Below are positions 15,123-23,700 of a DNA stretch of 26,859 nucleotides, piece by piece. The DNA is from a virus (Duplodnaviria; Caudoviricetes). The position numbers and the translations under genes are program-made. The stretch spans positions 1 to 26,859 of IMG/VR virus record IMGVR_UViG_3300042366_001597; one strand, written 5' to 3'. The first letter of the stretch is position 1, and every line of letters starts with the position of its first letter. The notes beneath the pieces were generated by a model. It was given only the letters and a program-made list of their open reading frames with translations. It was not told the origin of the DNA and made no database searches.

Positions 15123-18100
15123 TCGCTATGTTGCTTCCCTTCTGGGGCTGACTGAAGAGCAATACAAATTCTGGAAGGACTATGTAGAAGAGCAGGCGAG
15201 AAAAGGGCCACAGCCTGCTGTTGTTTGTGGTGAGCCAGTTTCGACAACAATAGCAACCATTTCTCTGGTCTTGTCAGTTATTGGTGTCGGCTTTCAGATC
15301 ATTGGCTTTCTGCTGCAATCGAGGCCAGGCAGACCGGCAGAGCTTCAAACAAGAAACAAAAATGGCAATAATCAAATAGGAATTTCCTCCTTCGCCCCCC
15401 GCGCTGGCTTTGATGCGATTCAGGATGTTGCGGCGCTTGGAGCGCCTATTCCTGTAATTTACGCAAACAGAGAGACAATTGATGGCAAAACCTATGGAGG
15501 GGTGAGGGCAAACCTTTCACTGCTTTGGTCTCAGGTCTGGAGCCTTGGCGGAAGTCAGATGCTCAGGGCCGTTTTCATGATAGGAGAGGGTGATGTTGAG
15601 TCGGTTGATCCACTCGGCTTCGCGATTGGTGATAATACAATTGGCGCCTATGATTTACTTAGTGCATCCGCCAACCAGTCGGGTAGTCGAATCACTATCT
15701 ATTACAAAGGGGATGGGGGTCGCATTGTATCTGGTGACAGAATTGCCGGCAGAGCCGCCAGTCAAGACCCTGGAAACGCCCAAAATTCCGGTGGAGATGA
15801 CGTTTTCTCGATCCTTTCTGTTGCAAATGATTGGGCCAAAGATTTTTCCTCAACTAGCAAGCCAAGCAATAGCACGACATTTGGCGTATTTAGATTAATT
15901 GGAAACAATCTTGCCTTTAAGCTAAATCCAAACGTTCGCCCTGGTGTGAATGCAAGGCTTAAGCCCGTTGGTGACGAGGGCGATGCAAAGGTTGAGTGCC
16001 CAATTGATAATGTCGCAAATGTGCAAAGGCAGAAATTTGAAGCGACGTTTTCTTCTCGCTCAGGAATCGTCTCCGGTGGTTTTAGCGAGGGAGACACGTT
16101 TACATACAAATTGCTCAGCGGCAGTGATTTTCAAACCGAATACTCTTATGGCATTGCAAACGAAGAGGGTTGGGAATCTAAAAAGGAGTTAAATAGAGGG
16201 CCTGTCGTTTATTCAAAAACGGGTGCAACTCTAACGATTGATTGGCTGTCTTTTCTTACTGTTGAGGCTCCTTCTATTAACACGGTTGCTCAAACGTCTT
16301 CTGTGAGGGTGTTGTTTAACACGACGGCTGCTGGATCTGCTCTTGCAGGTGCAGCGGAGGGGCGCTATAGGGTAGAGTATTGGGTTAAGCTTGAAAACGA
16401 TGAGATCAAAGAAGATATATCCTCTTTCTTTGATGCCATAATCACGATCTACAAGGATCAAACGCTCTACGAGGCGCAGAAGAACAATGACGGGCTGGTA
16501 ACAGATATTGTTGTCACTTCTGGGACCGGAGGTGGCTTTACTAGGTTTGAGTATGAGATTTCAAATGATTCCACGCCTTTATCTGCCCAGGGCGGAAACC
16601 TGAGGGCCGATATTAACTTTGACTTCTCTGAGCTGGATGCCTACCTGGAAAAAGCTGATGACGCAGCTTCTTCTGTTGCAGCAAGACAAAAATCTTGGGA
16701 TGACGCAATTGTTGTTGGCGAAATGTATAAGGTTGGCTCTGCTCTTGCTGTTTGCTCTGGGCGGACGCCAGACAGTGAAATCTTCAGAAGCGATTTAGAG
16801 CTAGAGGCCGAGGGTTCCGGGCAGAGCATAACCGCAACCTTTAAGGTTGTTCGCAGTGGGTCGGCCAGCACTGTAACAGAAGCATCACTGAACGCTCCGT
16901 CAACCGATCCGCAAGAAAGAAAAACAGCAACAAATGGTCCGCACATATTCAAGATTGCAATTGCAAACATTGCCACACAGAGAGAATGTAGAATTGTAGA
17001 GATTGGGATTAAGTCCGCTCTTGGACTAAGTTTCAACGGACTTCTTCGGTTTAGAACCACTCTCTCTTTTGAAGAGGCGGACGAAAGGGCCTGTACCGGC
17101 AAAGAGGGGGACAAAATCCAGAGAGGAAAAATTCTGAGGGTTGATCAATATCAAAGTGGAACACTGACAACACCAGAAGACAGGTACAGTTTTTTCCGTG
17201 TCTACGTTCGCGAGTATGGGGCGGAAGAATTCATGCCATTAAGTCAGTGTTTTGGCGTTGGCAGTCAAACGCAGCAGGCCGTGTTTAATTATTTTAGGCT
17301 TGAAATGCCTTCTTCGTCTCGATGGGAGATTCGCGTTGAGCCATTGACCGGGTGGGAGATTCGCCAGAATGTTGCGACTGGAGATCTATGGGTGCTTGAC
17401 GCACGCTTGAAACAGGTGCAATCGGCTTTGACGGTAACCGGCCTTGGCAATGTCGTGGTCAGGTTCAATGGCAGGTCAATAAGCAGGTCCATGGCAAGCT
17501 TTACGCTTCAACAAAGCAGAAGGGCGAATGTTGGACTAACGCCCATCGATACGAACAACAATCACGTTGATGCTTGGGGCAAGCTGGCAGAAGGGTTTAT
17601 TTACGAGCAGGTGGAAAGTAGCGCTAACAATGGACCGGAGCACGAAATAGTCTATGTAAATGAAATAGTTGAAAATGAGCAGGCGCCAGAATATACTGGA
17701 ATCGCCTTGATCGGGATCAATGTTCGATCAAGCTTTGAATGGGCTCAGTTCAGACAATTTTCCTCTTATGTAAACAAAGGAACAAAGGTAAGAAGACTGT
17801 TAAACAATTTAAGCATGGGACCTTCCCATCTTTTCCCTGATGTCGCCCTTGACCGCTTTACTAATCCAAAGTACGGGCCTGGGCGAATTAACGATGACTT
17901 GATTTTGCTTGACGACTTCAAGGCAGCGGCTCAATGGTGTCAAGACAGAAAATACTTTTTTGATGGTCCTGTAATGCTGGGAACCAACACCCCCAGGCAA
18001 TGGGCTGCCGACGTAGCTGGGACGATGCTGCTTGATTTTCGTGAGGTGGGAGGCAGGTACTCACTGACCCCTGCGATTACATTTCAGGAAATCAGTCATA

Positions 18101-18834
18101 AAGCTCTCTTTACTGCAGGAAACATTGAGAAGGGGACTTTCAAGCTTGAAACCATTCCGGTTGACGATCTTCGCCCCGTCCGGGTCAGTGCAAAGTGGCG
18201 AGAGGAGAGGCTCAATCTCGACTTGAACAGCCCAGGACTGTTCCCGGTAGAAAGAGAGGTTGTTGTGCGCGAGGCGTCTCCATTTGGGAGTGACTCCGAT
18301 CCGCTTGAGTCACTCGACCTGAGCGACTACGTTACCAATGAACAGCATGTAATTGATGTTTGCAAGTTTAGAATCAGGTCTAAGCGTCTAAGGGATCACG
18401 TTGTTAAGTTTACGATCACCTATGACTCCCTTGCTGGGGTTTGCGCCGACTTGTATCCAGGTGATTATATTAGAGTTGCAATGGATTCAACATTTTTCAA
18501 TCAATTTAATAATGGTGGGGTAATGAAAGATGGAACAATTGTTTCGTCTCGTGCCTTCGCCCCAGGCTCGTATGATGTTATCGCGTGGGCCGGAGATGAG
18601 CGCAGGCCAGCAGAAAGATCTCTTCTCGTTTCCGACGATGGCAAGGGCAATCTTCGTGGATTTGTTTTTACGGTCAGAACCACTAACGTAAGAAGCTATC
18701 AAATCTTGAAAATCAGCCCCACAGACGAAGGCAAGTTCGACATAGAAGCCATCCATTCGCCTGTTGGCAGCAACAGACTTCTTTCGATGGTCGATGGATG
18801 GGATAATGAAAGCAACTGGGTGATTTCGAGATGA
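15109..18834 (+). CDS. Central tail tip / host-specificity protein (gpJ-like, with gpI-like N-terminus)
   Basis: 1241 aa with a GTG start and GGAG RBS. N-terminal hydrophobic helix, then FDAIQDVAALGAPIPVIY, MIGEG, FTNPKYG, WCQDRKYFFDG, ALFTAGNI and LYPGDYIRV, which are typical hub/J-family motifs. Confidence 0.8.
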   Translation: MLPADRYVASLLGLTEEQYKFWKDYVEEQARKGPQPAVVCGEPVSTTIATISLVLSVIGVGFQIIGFLLQSRPGRPAELQTRNKNGNNQIGISSFAPRAGFDAIQDVAALGAPIPVIYANRETIDGKTYGGVRANLSLLWSQVWSLGGSQMLRAVFMIGEGDVESVDPLGFAIGDNTIGAYDLLSASANQSGSRITIYYKGDGGRIVSGDRIAGRAASQDPGNAQNSGGDDVFSILSVANDWAKDFSSTSKPSNSTTFGVFRLIGNNLAFKLNPNVRPGVNARLKPVGDEGDAKVECPIDNVANVQRQKFEATFSSRSGIVSGGFSEGDTFTYKLLSGSDFQTEYSYGIANEEGWESKKELNRGPVVYSKTGATLTIDWLSFLTVEAPSINTVAQTSSVRVLFNTTAAGSALAGAAEGRYRVEYWVKLENDEIKEDISSFFDAIITIYKDQTLYEAQKNNDGLVTDIVVTSGTGGGFTRFEYEISNDSTPLSAQGGNLRADINFDFSELDAYLEKADDAASSVAARQKSWDDAIVVGEMYKVGSALAVCSGRTPDSEIFRSDLELEAEGSGQSITATFKVVRSGSASTVTEASLNAPSTDPQERKTATNGPHIFKIAIANIATQRECRIVEIGIKSALGLSFNGLLRFRTTLSFEEADERACTGKEGDKIQRGKILRVDQYQSGTLTTPEDRYSFFRVYVREYGAEEFMPLSQCFGVGSQTQQAVFNYFRLEMPSSSRWEIRVEPLTGWEIRQNVATGDLWVLDARLKQVQSALTVTGLGNVVVRFNGRSISRSMASFTLQQSRRANVGLTPIDTNNNHVDAWGKLAEGFIYEQVESSANNGPEHEIVYVNEIVENEQAPEYTGIALIGINVRSSFEWAQFRQFSSYVNKGTKVRRLLNNLSMGPSHLFPDVALDRFTNPKYGPGRINDDLILLDDFKAAAQWCQDRKYFFDGPVMLGTNTPRQWAADVAGTMLLDFREVGGRYSLTPAITFQEISHKALFTAGNIEKGTFKLETIPVDDLRPVRVSAKWREERLNLDLNSPGLFPVEREVVVREASPFGSDSDPLESLDLSDYVTNEQHVIDVCKFRIRSKRLRDHVVKFTITYDSLAGVCADLYPGDYIRVAMDSTFFNQFNNGGVMKDGTIVSSRAFAPGSYDVIAWAGDERRPAERSLLVSDDGKGNLRGFVFTVRTTNVRSYQILKISPTDEGKFDIEAIHSPVGSNRLLSMVDGWDNESNWVISR

Positions 18835-19247
18835 CGGTCAATTTTCCAGAGATCAAGCCTACGAGCTGTTCTTTTACTCCGCCCCAGTGGCCTATTACGG
18901 AGTCTCGCTCCCAGTCTGGCGTCAGAAGCTATAAGATTTGGTCGAGCAAGCCGTCTGATGGATTGCTCGATCTAGGCTTTGAAAACATATCGGAGAATCA
19001 CGCTTTTAGAATTGTTCGCACGCATTTGCTGGCGAAAGGACCGATTGAAAATATTTTACTTCCGTCTATTATTTTTCATGGAATCGAGGACGAAGGACTA
19101 CTGGATTTCATGTCACAGAAGGAATCTGGGTTATTTTGGTATTTCGTCAATGGTGAACCACCGGTGCTTGAGAGGGTTCCCGGTCGTAGATACACCACTA
19201 GAGTGAGACTGAGGGCAGAGCTTCGTTTTTCTGATGACGATTCTTAA
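18831..19247 (+). CDS. Distal tail protein-like (gpM/Dit-like)
   Basis: 138 aa with FPEIKPTSCSFTPPQWP..ESRSQSG...LDLGFENI...F.NGEPP...YTTRVRL, a Dit-like pattern. ATGA-coupled. Confidence 0.55.
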   Translation: MTVNFPEIKPTSCSFTPPQWPITESRSQSGVRSYKIWSSKPSDGLLDLGFENISENHAFRIVRTHLLAKGPIENILLPSIIFHGIEDEGLLDFMSQKESGLFWYFVNGEPPVLERVPGRRYTTRVRLRAELRFSDDDS

Positions 19248-19632
19248 TGGAACCCATGGAGAGCTTCGCTGGAATGGCAAGAAAATAGCCAAGGTTACGA
19301 ATGCGTCTATTAACAAGAACAGAGATACCTTGCAGACCACCGGGATTGGGGATATGGATGATACCTACGCCTATGGCAAAAGAAGCACTGGAGGAAGTGC
19401 AACGCTGCTTTACAAAACAGACGACGCAGCGACTGTTGAACTGATGAACAGAATTCTCAATGATGACGAGTCAACCGATAATTTGACACTGATTCTTCGC
19501 ACCGGGCAATCAAGGGGAACGCTTAAGGGAAGTGTTCTTATTTCTAGTCAAAGCGAATCAATCTCTTCGGGAGAAAATACAACTGTAAGCATAAATTTTG
19601 TCATCAGCGGAAAGCCCTCTGCTGAATACTGA
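19234..19632 (+). CDS. Minor tail tube-fold protein
   Basis: 132 aa. GTHGEL...IAKVTNASI...RDTLQTTGIGD..TYAYGKRSTGGSATLLY...TVSINFVISG aligns by eye with the major tube protein motifs. Confidence 0.65.
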   Translation: MTILNGTHGELRWNGKKIAKVTNASINKNRDTLQTTGIGDMDDTYAYGKRSTGGSATLLYKTDDAATVELMNRILNDDESTDNLTLILRTGQSRGTLKGSVLISSQSESISSGENTTVSINFVISGKPSAEY

Positions 19633-20687
19633 TGGCCCTACTCGGTAAGTACGGAACCGTCTCCTTTTCAAGGGAATGGGCGGCGCCAACTGCTGTTGAT
19701 GAATCCAGGCTTGTCAGGGGCGCCTCTCAGAACATTCTGGACGTAGAGGAGCCAGCCTTTTGGAGTGGTGACAGAGTGGCAATCCTGTGCTCCAGGGGCG
19801 CCCCAGTGATCCCCCAGGGGCAGTCCTACGCGCCCTCTCCCGGCGGCCACTCCTTCTATGGTGATGGCCGCTACGACCCAGGCCCAAGAGGCGTAGCGAG
19901 GCAGGACCGCGATGTTGTCTACGTGGGAAGTCCCTCCGCTTCCTTTTACGACCCACTGCCACTTGAGAAAATAGTTTATGCGTATATTCATAGAGACGAA
20001 ATTGACAATATAACATTTTACGGAGAAGAGCATGATGCAATCAATGGGTTTGGCGAATCTTTTATGCCAATCTCGATTTTAGATTGCGACCAATTGATTA
20101 TTTCTCCCGCCCCCGAAGGAAATTACAGCCAGGCACTGGTAAATGGACTTTTGTCTTTTGCAACGCCCCTTATCTTTCAAGAGGGAAATGCTGAGGTTGT
20201 TGGCGATCAGTTTCTGCCTGCAGATTTGCTGCAATCACTTGCAGCCTTCCTAGAAGAAGCCTCTGAGCTTAGCAAGTGGAAGCAGGTTGCTAATTTAACA
20301 TCTTGGGCCTTTGAAACAAACGTGCAAGTCCTTGACCAGGGGGCGATAGGGCAAAGATTTGGCGAGTCGGCGAAGGGAAGTCTTGGTGGCGCGGGGAGTT
20401 TCAACGCGATTATGAGTACGAGAGATGGAAAGGGAAGCTTTGGCCCTTATTCCATGCTCAGGCTGATGCTGGTTACACAGGTTGGGGCAAAAGCACAGGC
20501 AAGATTTGTGATTGCGGATGACAAAAACGCGGAAGAGGATTGCAGCCAGGGCTCTGAATCAATTTACTACGAAGTTCCCATTTTGCTTTCAAGCACAAAT
20601 GTCAACACGACCGTTGATGAAGTAGTAAGCCTAAGCGTTGAATTTGTTGCCACCGGCAAGATCAGGGTTGTCTCTTCTCGGGGTTGA
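19632..20687 (+). CDS. Tail tube-fold protein with large inserted domain
   Basis: 351 aa. N-terminus LLGKYGTVSF; C-terminal half QVANLTSWAFETNVQVLDQGAIGQRF...GGAGSF...ILLSSTNVN...LSVEFVATGKI resembles the tube fold. Confidence 0.55.
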   Translation: MALLGKYGTVSFSREWAAPTAVDESRLVRGASQNILDVEEPAFWSGDRVAILCSRGAPVIPQGQSYAPSPGGHSFYGDGRYDPGPRGVARQDRDVVYVGSPSASFYDPLPLEKIVYAYIHRDEIDNITFYGEEHDAINGFGESFMPISILDCDQLIISPAPEGNYSQALVNGLLSFATPLIFQEGNAEVVGDQFLPADLLQSLAAFLEEASELSKWKQVANLTSWAFETNVQVLDQGAIGQRFGESAKGSLGGAGSFNAIMSTRDGKGSFGPYSMLRLMLVTQVGAKAQARFVIADDKNAEEDCSQGSESIYYEVPILLSSTNVNTTVDEVVSLSVEFVATGKIRVVSSRG

Positions 20688-20692
20688 GAGAC

Positions 20693-20698
20693 TAGGAT
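20693..20698 (+). promoter_or_regulatory. Putative late-promoter motif TAGGAT
   Basis: acTAGGATg, 28 nt upstream of ATG 20727, in the only sizeable gap of the tail-tip cluster. Confidence 0.4.
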
Positions 20699-20726
20699 GG
20701 GGCAAGGTAAATCTTTTCAGCGCTAG

Positions 20727-23700
20727 ATGGCCAGAATTAAGCTTGCTGGTGAAGAAGCCTCTCTGAACGCTAGCCCATCGGTCCAGCAATTTCGCGATCA
20801 GATTGGAGCACTTGTTGATGCTCTGCGTCAGCTTGGTGGTGACGCAAATATTGTTGCCGGCGCCCTTGAGCAAGCTGATCCATTTAGCTCGCCCTTTACT
20901 CTTTATGTAAATCCCTACATCGGTAGTGATAAGTTTGTCGGAGGAAGCTATAATAGTCACGAGTCCGGGGATACCGACGAAGAAATCATCGCGAGCAAGC
21001 TAAAGCGCATTGAAATGCAGCGAATGACGTGTGGCTATACGCCATATCGACCATTCAAAACCATTAACCGAGCTGCAATTGAGGCAGCAATAATTACCAG
21101 CAAAAACTGGTACACCTACACGGATCCAAGGGCGCACCTGGATTGTGTCAGCATTGTTTTGGCGTCTGGCGTTCATATTCTCTACAGCGATCCTGGCTTG
21201 TCGGATGCGAATATCGAAAGCTGGGGCGACGAAAAAGATCCCAGCATCTCAGACCTGATTGAGTTCAATCCTCCAGTCACTGGTGGGGTTCTTCTGCCAC
21301 GCGGGTGCAGTCTCTGTGGCCCGGACCTCAGGAAGACCACTATTCGCCCCAACTGGGTTCCAGCTTTTGCCGACGAGCAGGCTAACTATGCAAATCGCTG
21401 TGCTGCAATAAAAGTTACCGGCACTGGTTACTTTTTTGGCTATACGGGCATGGACAAGCTGGGATACAAAGAATCCCATCATCTGCTCGATCTACATGGG
21501 CCTGCTAGCAAGGCAGAGCTTGATCTGTTTTACGAAAAGTGTCAAGCCGCTGTAGGGGAGGGGGCCGATCTTGCATCTGCTCTTTTGCGAACAAGGTCAA
21601 CAGAGCACGAGATTGTCGGCCCCATTGTTGCCGGTCAGCTTCCAAACTCTGCCTGGGATACCACCGCCAGCGCTTCTCCATACATCTTCAATTGCTCAAT
21701 TCGCTCCGACTACGGAATGGGCGGGGCTTTTTGGGATGGTGACAAGGTTAATGGCCTCAAGAGCATGGTTTGCGCCAACTTCACAGGCGTAAGCTTGCAA
21801 AAAGATATGCGCTGCTGGCAGCTATATGAAAACAATGGATGGGTCAGCCTCACCAACACACCGGGCGACTACCAGAGGTACATCAACGCCTCTCCAGACA
21901 ATGTGCGGATGAATCCAGGCCGTCTTAGTCGGCATGTATCCGCTGTAAACGATGCCTTTATTCAAAAGGTTTCTGTTTTTGCAATTGGTCATGGCGTAAT
22001 GACCTTTGTCGATAATGGTGGGGAGGTCGATTGCAATCTTGGTAACTCAAACTTCGGTGGCTGTGCAGCCGTCGCCAAAGGCTACAAGCGATTTGCTTAT
22101 CCCCAAGACAAAAATTGGTCTGTTGGAAGAATTCGCGTACCTCTGGATCCAGGCGAAAAGCGTGGAAATATTCGGCGAGTTCAACTTGGTGTAGTTGATT
22201 CAATCAATGGCAGTCGAATCATTCTTTCGACGCCCCTTTCTACGGATGAAGGGAACGAGGCCGTGCCAGCAGTTCTCGCCCGCGAAGGCTACACGCTTCC
22301 TTCTGGCACGAAAATCTGGATCGAAAATCCAGCTGGCGCGGATTGGCGTGCAGATCTCAGTACCAGCGCGTGGAATGCAGGTACGCCAGATCGAATCAAC
22401 CTATCCACGGGATTGGTGGACTCTGAATCGGGTCAGTCCATTTCTGCAGATGCCGCAGTAGGCAAAAGGGTTTATGTTCGGCGACTGGTGGATACTCGCA
22501 CGCCGTCCGAGCGACGCATTAGTGTCGTTATCAACAATTCAGCATCAGCCAGGCTGCCCGAGCGCGGCTTTGCGCTGCAAACCGATCCATCTCGCACCAG
22601 CGGCAATGTTGTTCGTGAATTGCAGCCCGGTGGCAGTGAGTGCATAACTATCAGCGGTGCGGGAGTCGGGCCATCGCCTGGCCCTGGCGTTAGTAAGACC
22701 GCAGAAATCACCCTGCGTCGTGCTGTTGCTGAAAACATATACACAAATGGCGCATTTTATCGTCGCGGAACGGTTGTTACCTATGCTGGAAAGCACTGGC
22801 AGGCACTGCGGGACTTCATCGCAACAACGCCTACGCCAGACCAGCGCGACTGGGGCGAAACGTTCGTCCACATGCAATCTGATTACAACCCAGAAGATCA
22901 GCAGTCGGCAGAGTCGCCAATCCTGATTTTTGATACTGATACTGACAACAGTTCCAATACACAAACCTGCGGCATCAACTGGGCGACAGTCTGGACCACA
23001 AGCGGTCTCATTCAGCAGCAGTATCGCACTGGCTCTGACTATCTGGGTGTTTACGCATTCTTGGTTGCGCTTGGATTTACTGGTACTGACGCACACCAGG
23101 CGCTTGTTCCGCGCAGTGCTTCAAGCCGTGATCGCAGCCCTGCTAATGCAACGCACTTCCCGGTGCAGCCATCGGGAGGCGCGGCATCTGGTCGTGGCTT
23201 CTGGGCTATTGAATTTCGTCGCCCCAGCATACTTTCGCTTAACCAGCACACATGGAAATGGGCGGGTCACCTCAATTATTCAAAGGCGCTGCCGGCGGCA
23301 CAAAATACGCTTGGCCCACAAAATAAATTCTCTTATTACTTCACGAATGAAGCTGGAGGGCGTGTGGTGCCACAGGGCGCCAACGAAGAAGGGTTTAATG
23401 TCAGCCCGCGAGGTCTGGAAGATATTGAAACGGGGGCAACTTTAAGCGTTGATGCAATTGGTAACTCAACACTGGATGAATCGAGGGAGGCCGATTTCCC
23501 GAATGGTCTGACCGCCAGTTCTATCACTGTGCGAGATCTGACTATTACAAACAGTGTTTCGTTCCCGCAGATAAGTGCGGCGCTTGTAGATCGCCTAGGG
23601 CCAGTATCGCTTGCAAGTATAGAGGACCTGACAGCAATTGGTTCGGATGCGCCCGTAGCGAGCGACGACAACAGCCTCAATCAGCGGCCTGAGGTTGTGA

